This document shows positions 14,655-23,391 of a DNA stretch of 33,018 bases, one piece after another. The notes beneath the pieces were generated by a model. The model searched no databases. It was not told the origin of the DNA and saw nothing but the letters and a program-made list of their open reading frames with translations. Position numbers and translations under genes: made by a program. The stretch's first letter is position 1. Each line of letters begins with the position of its first letter. Origin of the DNA: Methanobacteriota archaeon (GTDB lineage: Archaea > JACRDV01); contig JACRDV010000066.1 in the NCBI GenBank assembly GCA_024860865.1, positions 1-33,018 on the forward strand. Direction: 5' to 3'.

Positions 14655-17600
14655 ATTGTTTTACAATTTTTTTAATTATTGGTTTTACATCTGGGACATT
14701 TTTGACCTCAGCAAGTTTTGCAGCCTCATCAGCAATGACTGGCAAATATTTCTCAAAAATATTCATCCTTTCTTCTTCCATATGAGCTCGAACTTTTCGA
14801 GATAAATGGATTTGTAGCTCTCTTGCAACGTCCATTAATGCATTTTTAATCTCATGAAGTATCTCATCTTCAGCCGATACAGCTTGCTTTCCAGCTGAAA
14901 TATATGGAACAAAAGTTGATACAAGATTAACAAAAATACTAATTGGAGCACTTTCGTTGGTCTTAATGCCGTAGCGCTTCCAGTCAATGCTGTTCACAGC
15001 TTCAGTTATTGCACATGCCCCAGCATCAAAAGTTAATGGAACTCTGTTTGCAAATCTCATAATCTCCATTTCTGTTCCATTTTGTGTCTTATGCCCCGCA
15101 TTTCCACCATGAGCTATGCCAGCCTCTATCAAAAATGGGATGCCACCGCGATAGGTCTTAGGTTTGCGCGTACTTGCAGCCACAAACTCTGCATTTAGCA
15201 TCTCTTTTTGGCCTTTTTTAATCACTTCTTCGCCAATTGGTCTCAATCCGTCGCCAGAAGGGGCGATGAATTTAATCCTTTGAAAAGCTTTGATTATTCT
15301 CTCTGCATCTTCCCAATTCAACTGTGTCGGCTCTTTTTCCATATCAACTTTAGAAATTTTGGCTATTTCATAGACTTTGTCACCGGAAATTCTAGAAAAC
15401 TCTTTCATTAAAAATGTTCCAAGCTTATGCGCATTAGTGCGATTTGCAAAATATAGCAAGTCATCAGCAGTTAATCCTCTTGGATGGGGTGAAATCTCCT
15501 CAGGCTGCTCTGGAACTTCTTTTACAAGTCTATCAAATATAATGGGTTCTTTATTATCAGGTTCATAAAAAGTGATTTTTGCATGGGGGTTTGCAATTGC
15601 AGTTTTCTTTATGTATTCAAGTGGTCCTCTTTCGCCCCTAACATATTGCACATCTTTAACTTCTACTTTGACTTGAGTTCCCCTAAATCCCCCCTCCTTT
15701 TGTTCTTGCTCAATTATTCTTCCTTCATTTTTTTCAACATCTACTAAAACTTTAAGTTCATAAACAGTTCCATTACCAGTACCTGTTTTAATATAAGTTG
15801 GTTTGCCGGTAGACATTTGAGAGAAAAGAGTAACTCCAGAATTATGAACAACAACTCCATTTGCAATGAAGTTATGAGAATGATCAATCTCTAAATCATA
15901 TACGTACTCATCATCATTAATAACTTTCTTTATTTCTTTAACTTTTAACCAAATTATATCACTGTTAGCTAGCTTATCTATTTTCAAAATAGGTTCGTTC
16001 AATCCATAGATTCTTTCATGCGATGAAATCGATTTAATTATACTCAACGCGTTTTGTAAAGTACGTCTTGTGATATTGTTTTTTTTAATCGCAGTTTTAA
16101 CATCAGAAGGTATTAACTTACTGGAGATGTTTAAAGTTTTAAAAATCTTATTTACCTGTTCTGAAATATTTGGAATTATATCTGAGCACGTATTGTGTTT
16201 TTTCGTATTTTCTAAATATCTAATGAGCTTAGATTGCTTATAATTTGAAAAACCTATAATTTTGCTGAAAGCCTTAATGTTCGGTTTACCACATATGGCA
16301 AGTACAAATTCCTTTTCCTTTTTCTTGCGGATACTAGGAATTATACCAAACATTAACAAAATTAGTGCAAGTTTTCTAATAACATTTTCATTATGTAAAG
16401 TCAAAACCAACTCTTTCTTATTAACACAGACGGAAGCTTCCGCATCAAATAATCCTCTAACATAGGCTGCTAGTTGGTCGTAGGGAAGTGTTAAAACTAT
16501 ATTTGGAACATCAAAAGAATGAGATTTTGCTCCAGAAGGAACTCCAAAGCAATGTAAGAGGTTTGAAACCATGTTAGAAGAAAAATGTGAACTATAACAT
16601 CCGCTTCCTCTATCATCATAATAAAACCGAGGGGTGGCTGCAAATAATTCTTTAGTAGTATTTTCTATTGTCTTTACAGTACCAAAATCACCATCAGTAA
16701 AAGTGATGTTAGTACCCCATCTTTTGTCGGATTTGCATATGTTACCATCACCTGCTACTGCCCCTGCGAACCAAAGTAGATGGGGATTTGTCCATATTGG
16801 AATATTAAAATAAGTCCCATTTCGACCTATCCTATTTATTTTTTCTAAAATCTCTTCATCATCAAATCCTGCATCTCGAGATAAATTAATCAAACAATTT
16901 ATGGTTGGTCTTCCACGAGGACTGTTGCCATTAATTTTTCTAAGCCAACCCCTTAATCTATCATAATGGATATTATGCTTTCTAGCAATATTTCTTAGGG
17001 AAGTATATTTTTTCTTTAAATTTGCGATGATTTTTAGTACAAATTCTTGATTGTCAACTTGATATTTATTCCAGTTGAATAATGAAATCACAGAGATTTT
17101 CTGGTTTTCATTTTGACGGGGAAGTTTTCTTACAGTTGCAATATAATCGTCTTGCTTTAATTCCTCAGCAGTTATCCACGTTGGTACTCCATTACGCAAT
17201 ACTAAGGTAGGATTATCAGGAGTAAGTTTGATTTCTCTTCCAAGAATAGTTTTAATTTTAATTAAATTTTTATTTTTAATTTTCCAACAGTTAACTATCG
17301 GCTTATGTTCTAACTTCAAAGTATCTAAGTTTAATGCAAATACCTTTTCTCCTATTTTATTATTGTTAACGATTTCTTTTATAGGTAAGATTGAGCCATT
17401 AGCTAAAGGTATTAAAGTATCTCCTGTCATGCAGGCGCCGATCCCCTGCTGTCCACGCATTTGCATTGATCGATGGAATTTTGTCCCAGCCAACATCTTC
17501 CCAAAAACTTTAGGAATAAAAACAAGTGGAATGCCTGGACCATTATCATCAACGATTACCTTATAATGTTCTTTCTCAACTTCCCACCAAGTCTTTAGCA

Positions 17601-17961
17601 TCTCAACTTTATCTGGATCAACTTCTTTTTTGCTTTCATCAATTTTAATTCCAAATTCGCGTGCTTGTTCAATGTTCATGTTTAGTGCTTCACGAATCTC
17701 ACTTGGGCTGAAAACTCTGTTTCGAATGGCTGTTGTTTCAAAAACTTTCTCGATCTTCACTTTAACATCCGGCAGAATACCTGCTTCCTCGCAGGCATCC
17801 AAGCTATTGCTAACTAATTCATGCACAATCGTCGTCATTGAGCGCAGCTTACCGGAATAGCCTAAATGCTGCCTATTTTTTCTGAAAAATTCAGCTAGAG
17901 AGACCTCTTTGAATTCTCTAAACAAAGTATCAGCTGAAAGTGTTTGACTTTCCAAGAACAT
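14608..17961 (-). CDS. top6B: DNA topoisomerase VI subunit B (GHKL ATPase), interrupted by an in-frame intein
   Basis: The Bergerat-fold boxes are HELVSNSLDA (N box), VDDNGPGIP (G1) and RGQQGIGA (G2). The G2 box is followed by 531 aa of intein, after which the extein resumes as SGVTLFSQMSTGKP. The transducer domain lies downstream. The extein totals about 586 aa. Confidence 0.9.
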   Translation of the reverse strand: MFLESQTLSADTLFREFKEVSLAEFFRKNRQHLGYSGKLRSMTTIVHELVSNSLDACEEAGILPDVKVKIEKVFETTAIRNRVFSPSEIREALNMNIEQAREFGIKIDESKKEVDPDKVEMLKTWWEVEKEHYKVIVDDNGPGIPLVFIPKVFGKMLAGTKFHRSMQMRGQQGIGACMTGDTLIPLANGSILPIKEIVNNNKIGEKVFALNLDTLKLEHKPIVNCWKIKNKNLIKIKTILGREIKLTPDNPTLVLRNGVPTWITAEELKQDDYIATVRKLPRQNENQKISVISLFNWNKYQVDNQEFVLKIIANLKKKYTSLRNIARKHNIHYDRLRGWLRKINGNSPRGRPTINCLINLSRDAGFDDEEILEKINRIGRNGTYFNIPIWTNPHLLWFAGAVAGDGNICKSDKRWGTNITFTDGDFGTVKTIENTTKELFAATPRFYYDDRGSGCYSSHFSSNMVSNLLHCFGVPSGAKSHSFDVPNIVLTLPYDQLAAYVRGLFDAEASVCVNKKELVLTLHNENVIRKLALILLMFGIIPSIRKKKEKEFVLAICGKPNIKAFSKIIGFSNYKQSKLIRYLENTKKHNTCSDIIPNISEQVNKIFKTLNISSKLIPSDVKTAIKKNNITRRTLQNALSIIKSISSHERIYGLNEPILKIDKLANSDIIWLKVKEIKKVINDDEYVYDLEIDHSHNFIANGVVVHNSGVTLFSQMSTGKPTYIKTGTGNGTVYELKVLVDVEKNEGRIIEQEQKEGGFRGTQVKVEVKDVQYVRGERGPLEYIKKTAIANPHAKITFYEPDNKEPIIFDRLVKEVPEQPEEISPHPRGLTADDLLYFANRTNAHKLGTFLMKEFSRISGDKVYEIAKISKVDMEKEPTQLNWEDAERIIKAFQRIKFIAPSGDGLRPIGEEVIKKGQKEMLNAEFVAASTRKPKTYRGGIPFLIEAGIAHGGNAGHKTQNGTEMEIMRFANRVPLTFDAGACAITEAVNSIDWKRYGIKTNESAPISIFVNLVSTFVPYISAGKQAVSAEDEILHEIKNALMDVARELQIHLSRKVRAHMEEERMNIFEKYLPVIADEAAKLAEVKNVPDVKPIIKKIVKQYEEMETHGQENKDVE
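15841..17433 (-). mobile_element. Full-length intein (531 aa) with a LAGLIDADG homing-endonuclease domain, inserted in the Top6B G2 box
   Basis: The N-terminal splice junction is GIGA|CMTGDTLIPLANG (Cys1 codon at 17431-17433). The C-terminal junction is NFIANGVVVHN|S (Asn codon at 15841-15843, +1 Ser). The two LAGLIDADG motifs are LLWFAGAVAGDGNI and LAAYVRGLFDAEAS, about 100 aa apart. Confidence 0.85.
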
Positions 17962-18120
17962 TATCCTCCATAGTTAGACATTATAACCTACTATAACATG
18001 ATATTTTGAAGGTTTAACAGTAATTTGACCATTGTTTCTTAAATAAAGGTTTTTACTGCCTCCTTATTATTTAAGGTAACATATATAAAGCTTTTTTCAT
18101 TAAATAAGCCATGCAGCAGC

Positions 18121-18684
18121 TTAAACTGGCTTCCAAATCTCTGTAGCCTTCTTTTTAAGCTCATCTCTTTTTCTTTCAAGGAATTTGTAGACAGATCCAT
18201 GTGTTGACCCTGTCAACAACATCCTCAAAGCCTCTCTAGTCACATCAATCTGCTCAAAAGTACCAATCATTCCAATTGTTTTTCCGTAAACTGAAATTGA
18301 AGCGCCAGTTAATTGTTCAATGGTTTTCCTAGTTTTTCCTTCTTCTCCAATTACTCTCCCCTTGTATCTTTTTAGCGCTTTTTCAGACTCTCCAACAAAA
18401 TCTGTTAAATCTAAGACTTCAAGGGCATATTCTTCATCAAGCAGTTTAAAAGCTCGTTGAGGGTTAAATCCTCTGCCAATCGCCTGAATAATATCCTTTG
18501 CTCTCAAAAGTAACAAGGGATCTTTTGCATCATTAACTAATTCAATAGTTACTTCCCCTGTTTGGGAGTCAACTTCAATTTCGGTATGGGTAGCCGTCTC
18601 GATTTCCTTTTTAATTTTGCCATTCTCCCCCAAAACTACCCCAATTCTATCCATAGGTATCCGCAGATATTCTCTAGCTTCCAA
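18121..18684 (-). CDS. Double KH-domain RNA-binding protein (archaeal Dim2/Pno1-like)
   Basis: It has two KH GxxG loops (VLGENGKIKKEIE and VIGEEGKTRKTIEQLTG). It overlaps the Rio1 3' end by 11 nt, matching the conserved archaeal aIF1A-Rio1-KH neighbourhood. Confidence 0.8.
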   Translation of the reverse strand: MEAREYLRIPMDRIGVVLGENGKIKKEIETATHTEIEVDSQTGEVTIELVNDAKDPLLLLRAKDIIQAIGRGFNPQRAFKLLDEEYALEVLDLTDFVGESEKALKRYKGRVIGEEGKTRKTIEQLTGASISVYGKTIGMIGTFEQIDVTREALRMLLTGSTHGSVYKFLERKRDELKKKATEIWKPV

Positions 18685-19462
18685 CTTTCTCCCCTCTGAT
18701 TTTTCTAAGAGCTTCTTTTTCGTCTGGTACTGAAATTCTTAATTTGTCTCTAAAATATCTTAAAATATTTCGTACATCGCGCTCAAGAAAACTTTCAGCC
18801 ATGGGATGCTCAATTGTTACTGCTTGACCCCAATCAATTAATATTGGTTTATCATTGAACATCAGTACATTATACTCGCTAATATCAGCATGGACTAGCT
18901 CAGCATTAACATAGAGTTTTTTAATAAATTTAAGCAATAAATCTAAAACTTTCTCTGGATTTTCTGGAGGAGAATCTTTCATAAGTGGAGCAGCATTTCC
19001 CTTTTTATCGCCAATGAATTGCATGACCAAAACGTTATTAAGCACAACAAAAGGTTTGGGAGCATAAACTCTGACTTCAGCTGCTTTTTCCAAATTTCTG
19101 AATTCTTTTTTAGCCCAAGTATACACTATATGTCTATGATCTTTTTTAGTTCCAGTAAAGCGTGGATCACCACTTATATATTGCCACATTGTGCGAAAGT
19201 CTGATGTTGCAATTCGATAAATTTTTAAAGCAATTATGTTGTCGCTTTTATAGGCCCGAAAAATATTTGCTTCTTTTCCCGTGCTCACAGGACCATTAAC
19301 AGTATCGATCACTCCTCTATTGGCTAAATCATAAAGAGTTAAAAGAGTTGACTTATCAAAAACTTCACTGCAAACTTTTCGATCCTCATCCGTCTTAAAA
19401 ACTTTTTCAGGCTTTGTAATTTTTCGCTCTAATTTTCTCTCAATCCGTTCAAACCTTGACAA
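18674..19462 (-). CDS. rio1: RIO1-type atypical serine protein kinase
   Basis: Motifs seen: STGKEANIF (nucleotide-binding loop), LVHADISEYNVL (catalytic loop) and LIDWGQAV (metal-binding loop). There is no N-terminal wHTH, so it is Rio1 rather than Rio2. The start is TTG. Confidence 0.9.
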   Translation of the reverse strand: MSRFERIERKLERKITKPEKVFKTDEDRKVCSEVFDKSTLLTLYDLANRGVIDTVNGPVSTGKEANIFRAYKSDNIIALKIYRIATSDFRTMWQYISGDPRFTGTKKDHRHIVYTWAKKEFRNLEKAAEVRVYAPKPFVVLNNVLVMQFIGDKKGNAAPLMKDSPPENPEKVLDLLLKFIKKLYVNAELVHADISEYNVLMFNDKPILIDWGQAVTIEHPMAESFLERDVRNILRYFRDKLRISVPDEKEALRKIRGEKVGS

Positions 19463-19468
19463 ACTGAC

Positions 19469-19780
19469 CTACCTATAACTAGAGAAACGATGATATCCTT
19501 GTTTCCTGAGCCAATCTGACTGCCCTCTTGTATATCGCCAAATTACATCTGCGCGGTCAGCCTGAAATGACCATGGTACAACCAAAACCAGATCCCCTGC
19601 ACGGATCCAAATTCTCTTACGAATTTTTCCGGGAATTCGGCAAACTCTTACTTTACTATCTATGCAACGGACATTTATGTGATTAGCACCAAGCATTTGT
19701 TCTACAATTCCAAGAAGTTCCCCTTCCTTAGGGATTTTTACTTTTTCAATTTTCTCTTGGACTGGTTTCTTTTTTTGCAG
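19469..19780 (-). CDS. eif1a: Translation initiation factor aIF1A; the 5' end is uncertain because no ATG/GTG/TTG is available
   Basis: The OB-fold core reads LGANHINVRCIDSKVRVCRIPGKIRKRIWIRAGDLVLVVPW...VIWRY. The in-frame sequence upstream of the only ATG (19696) reads KVKIPKEGELLGIVEQ, which is conserved aIF1A N-terminal sequence. I extended the CDS to CTG 19778-19780, which follows a GAGGGA motif. An in-frame stop lies at 19808-19810. Confidence 0.8.
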   Translation of the reverse strand: MQKKKPVQEKIEKVKIPKEGELLGIVEQMLGANHINVRCIDSKVRVCRIPGKIRKRIWIRAGDLVLVVPWSFQADRADVIWRYTRGQSDWLRKQGYHRFSSYR

Positions 19781-19791
19781 GTTGTTTCCCT

Positions 19792-20853
19792 CTAAGCTTT
19801 TAGAATTTCAAGCAACTCAGGTTTTTGTTCAAAGTACTTGCGAACTGGAGCTAGCAACCTAATAAGGTTTTCTGAAACTGCGTTTTTAAGGTCTAAAGGA
19901 TGCAGCCCGCCTTCCCGATAAATTTTCTCAAGTTCAGCATAAGATTGTAATTCTAACGGGCCACCGTACTTTGATTCCCTCTCGATTCGAAAAATTCCGT
20001 CATTTCTAAATATAATATATTTGCAAATCTCAAGGACTGGATTAAATTCGATTTGTTTTTCTGGACAAAATGCTTTAGAAATTTTCTGTTGAATTGCTTC
20101 AGGAGAATCGTGCACACAAACAAAAGTCTCAGGCCTACTCTTTGACATCTTGGAGCTAATTATTGTGTCTAACTTTTCATCTTCGTCTAATCCCATCTTT
20201 TGTATACCGCTTAGCCCCATTAGAAGAGAGGTATGAACGGCAATTGGTTTTTGATAACCTAATTTATCGGCAACCTCTCTTGCTAGTATATGTGCCTTGC
20301 GCTGGTCCATTCCTCCATATGCAACATCCACGCCCAACAAAAATATATCTGTAACTTGCATTGGAGGGTAAATCAGCAAAGAGGCTTTAAGATTTTCATC
20401 TAAAATAGACCTGCCCATAATTGTTAAACTTCGCCGCAAACGGGCTAAGCTAACTTGATCTGCAATTTTTAGAACATTTTCCCAATAGCCCGCCTTCTGG
20501 ACGAGCTCAGATGCGAACATAAATTTTGTTCTCTTCGGATCAACCCCCAATGCCAAAAAACAATGCTTAAAATATTCGCCTACTTTTTGGATTTTGTCGA
20601 GGTCTCCGCCCATCTTCTCATTTATCCATGCATGAAGGTCTGCCAACAAAACTATGAAGTCAAATCCCACATCTGTAAAATCTTTAATTTTATTTACTGT
20701 CATTACCCAGCCTATATGTATAAGACCTGAAGGTTCGTAACCCTGATATGCTAGCAACCTATCTTTTGTTTCTAAGCGCTCGCGTAGCTCATTTAATGTG
20801 ATTATCTCCTCAGTTCCGCGAGAAATTAGATGGAGTCTTTTTTCAATATCCAT
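19792..20853 (-). CDS. tyrS: Tyrosyl-tRNA synthetase (archaeal type)
   Basis: It carries a class I HIGH-type motif (PSGLIHIGW) and a KMSKS motif (SKMSKSRPE). The start is placed at ATG 20853 (MDIEKRLHLISRG). The 17 upstream codons in the ORF track would overlap the neighbouring gene. Confidence 0.9.
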   Translation of the reverse strand: MDIEKRLHLISRGTEEIITLNELRERLETKDRLLAYQGYEPSGLIHIGWVMTVNKIKDFTDVGFDFIVLLADLHAWINEKMGGDLDKIQKVGEYFKHCFLALGVDPKRTKFMFASELVQKAGYWENVLKIADQVSLARLRRSLTIMGRSILDENLKASLLIYPPMQVTDIFLLGVDVAYGGMDQRKAHILAREVADKLGYQKPIAVHTSLLMGLSGIQKMGLDEDEKLDTIISSKMSKSRPETFVCVHDSPEAIQQKISKAFCPEKQIEFNPVLEICKYIIFRNDGIFRIERESKYGGPLELQSYAELEKIYREGGLHPLDLKNAVSENLIRLLAPVRKYFEQKPELLEILKA

Positions 20854-20872
20854 GGTAAAACCTAAAATTAAT

Positions 20873-21631
20873 TTAAGATATTTGAGGCTCCGGTAGCTCT
20901 GCAATAATTTTCACTGGGCAATTTGCTGCTTGTTTCACTGTTTTTGTTCCGACTTCTCCCACACCAACCAGCACAAAAATTCCAGCAACATTTGCTTTTG
21001 CTTTATGAACTAAATTAATTAATGCCTTTTGAGTTTCTCCAGTTCTAATTATATCATCGACAATTAAAACTTGTTCGCCTTTTTTTACCGCCCAGACTGG
21101 CAAATACAAGCTCATTAAAACTCCCGAAGAGCCTGGGCTATAAGTTTCCTCTAAAAATTCTTTTACACCGATTTCTTTACGATTCTTTGAATAAACTATA
21201 TCCACTCCAAACTCATTTGCAATTAGAACTGCAATAGGAATGCCATCTGTTGCAGCTGTTAAAACTTTATCTATTTTTATTCCCTCAAATGACGTTTTTG
21301 CAAGCTCAGCGCAACGCCTCATTAACAAAAGGTCACTTAAAATTCCGTAGTTATCAAAGTAACCCTCTGCATTAAATGCTACCCTTTGGGTTATCTCTCT
21401 CTTTAAGTCAAATTCTGTGCTTAATGCTTGTATCAACTGCTTAGCGCGCTTATGGCTCGGAAGCACATGTCCCTTAATATATCGATTGAGCACAGTTATT
21501 GGAAGACTAGTTCGTTTGGAGAGCTCCTCGTAAGTAGTAGTTCGCTTCATTTGTTTAAGTAAATCAATGGCTTTTAATCGAAGCCACATGCTCTCCAGAT
21601 GGGTAGGTTCTGCTTCCAAAGGTGTCACCAA
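20873..21631 (-). CDS. HTH-domain + type I phosphoribosyltransferase-fold protein (PurR/GfcR-like putative regulator)
   Basis: The N-terminal helix-turn-helix is TTYEELSKRTSLPITVLNRYIKG. The C-terminal PRPP-binding loop is QVLIVDDIIRTGETQ. The start is TTG 21631, with an alternative ATG at 21589. Confidence 0.75.
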   Translation of the reverse strand: MVTPLEAEPTHLESMWLRLKAIDLLKQMKRTTTYEELSKRTSLPITVLNRYIKGHVLPSHKRAKQLIQALSTEFDLKREITQRVAFNAEGYFDNYGILSDLLLMRRCAELAKTSFEGIKIDKVLTAATDGIPIAVLIANEFGVDIVYSKNRKEIGVKEFLEETYSPGSSGVLMSLYLPVWAVKKGEQVLIVDDIIRTGETQKALINLVHKAKANVAGIFVLVGVGEVGTKTVKQAANCPVKIIAELPEPQIS

Positions 21632-21662
21632 AAGTTTAACAAAATTATGTATAAATTCGAGA

Positions 21663-21686
21663 CAGCTCTATTTATATTTTGAGCTG
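21663..21686 (-). promoter_or_regulatory. Inverted repeat CAGCTC-N12-GAGCTG bracketing a TATA-like element upstream of the HTH-PRTase gene (candidate promoter/operator)
   Basis: On the gene strand the region reads CAGCTC-AAAATATAAATA-GAGCTG, centred about 44 nt upstream of TTG 21631. Confidence 0.25.
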
Positions 21687-21729
21687 CTTCCTAAAAAATT
21701 GAACATTTTATATATTTTTAGCCGAAAGT

Positions 21730-23079
21730 TTAAAATTCAATAGTTTTTGTTCGCTCCACGACTTCTTGAATTTGTTGCTTTGCTGTTCCAATGTATTTAG
21801 CAGGATCCAATGCCTCCTCTATCTCCTCAGATTTTAGATAACGAGTTACAGCTGGGTTAGATTTCAAAACTTCTGCAAGCGTCTTTTGGGTATTCCATAC
21901 CTCCATTGCACATTTTCTAACAATTTCATGAGCTTCTTGTCTGCCCAATCCTTTGTTAACTAGGGCCAGCACAATTGATTCAGTCATAATTAATCCTTTG
22001 GTTAGATGCAGATTCCTAGCGATGTTTTCAGGATAAATGTGCAGACCTTCTAGAACTTTTTTAAAGGTTTTTAGCTGTTCATCCAAAAGAATAAATGCCT
22101 CTGGGATTATTGCCCTTTCACACGAACTGTTGCTTAAATCTCTTTCATGCCAAGATACAACATTTTCAAGAGCTGGAATAACTGTTCCTCGCAAAATTTT
22201 TGCTAGCCCAGAAATTTTCTCACTATTAATTGGATTTCTTTTGTGTGGCAAAGCTGTTGATCCTACTTGGGTTTCTTCTTTAAATGGCTCTTCAACTTCT
22301 CTTATTTCAGTCCTTTGGAGGTTACGAATTTCTGTTGCAAATTTATCGAGCGAAGAAGAAATTAAAGCTAATAAACAAATCAACTCTGATAGTCTATCGC
22401 GTGGCACAATTTGAGTTGTAATTGGTGCAGCTCTTAAACCAAGATATTGCATTGCAAGGTTTTGTATTTCTTTAGCATGAGAACCAAACCCGGCTTGTGT
22501 GCCAACAACGCCGCTCATTTTTCCAACACAAACTCTATCTCGGCATTGTTCTAGTCGCTCAATATGCCGCATGATTTCGTCCGCCCAAACTGCAAACTTA
22601 TGGCCAAAAACATAGACCGTTGCGTGAATGCCATGCGTCCTTCCAACGCATAAAGTGTCTTTATGCGAATTTGCTAAGTGCGCAATTAATTTCAAAATAT
22701 CTATCAAATCTTTTCTAAATATTTCTAATGCATCCTTAATTTGGAGAGCCAGAGATGTATCGATGATGTCATTGCTAGTTGCTCCAAGGTGTACCCAAGC
22801 GCCACTCTTCCCGCTGGCCTCTGTTAAGGCTTTCACTAGAGCCATCAAGTCGTGCTTAGTTTCCTCTTCAATTTCTTTAACTCGCTGAACTTTGATGAAT
22901 TTAGTTGTAGCTTTGCGCGAAATCTCTTCAGCAGCTTCTTTAGGAATATTTCCAACTGCTGCATGAGCTTTTGCTAAAGCAGCTTCAACTTCCAACATTT
23001 TTTGAATTTTATTTTCTTCAGTAAAAATTTGCCGCATCTCTTTGCTGCCATATCGATAATCAATTGGATGGATTGCCAT
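21730..23079 (-). CDS. purB: Adenylosuccinate lyase
   Basis: It is a fumarate-lyase superfamily protein. It has a PurB-type N-terminus (MAIHPIDYRYGSKEMRQIF), the segment HLGATSNDIIDT, and the signature loop GSTALPHKRNPINSE. Confidence 0.9.
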   Translation of the reverse strand: MAIHPIDYRYGSKEMRQIFTEENKIQKMLEVEAALAKAHAAVGNIPKEAAEEISRKATTKFIKVQRVKEIEEETKHDLMALVKALTEASGKSGAWVHLGATSNDIIDTSLALQIKDALEIFRKDLIDILKLIAHLANSHKDTLCVGRTHGIHATVYVFGHKFAVWADEIMRHIERLEQCRDRVCVGKMSGVVGTQAGFGSHAKEIQNLAMQYLGLRAAPITTQIVPRDRLSELICLLALISSSLDKFATEIRNLQRTEIREVEEPFKEETQVGSTALPHKRNPINSEKISGLAKILRGTVIPALENVVSWHERDLSNSSCERAIIPEAFILLDEQLKTFKKVLEGLHIYPENIARNLHLTKGLIMTESIVLALVNKGLGRQEAHEIVRKCAMEVWNTQKTLAEVLKSNPAVTRYLKSEEIEEALDPAKYIGTAKQQIQEVVERTKTIEF

Positions 23080-23391
23080 GTACTTATCTCCGAAATTGCA
23101 TCTTTAAATATGTTTCAAATCCAGGATCATAAATTTCATATTTTCCATTTATACAAATAATCAAGAATCCTCTTATTTTTAGTAAGTAACTATATCTAAG
23201 TTATTAAAATTTATCAATGATCTTTAAGAACTCAATTATAGCATTTTTAGACAAAGGCTCTTCATGGGGATTTATTTTTCTTATCGACTCTGCCCCTCTT
23301 AATTCTAGGTTAAATATAATTAACATAAAATCGATTATAGGTTAAATAAATATGGCAGAAATTGGCGCTTATTTTTCTATTATTTATATTC

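Noticed and set aside
20854-20904. 17-codon N-terminal extension of tyrS in the ORF track
   Set aside because: It would overlap the 3' end of the HTH-PRTase gene. It precedes the conserved TyrRS N-terminus that begins at MDIEKRL (ATG 20853).
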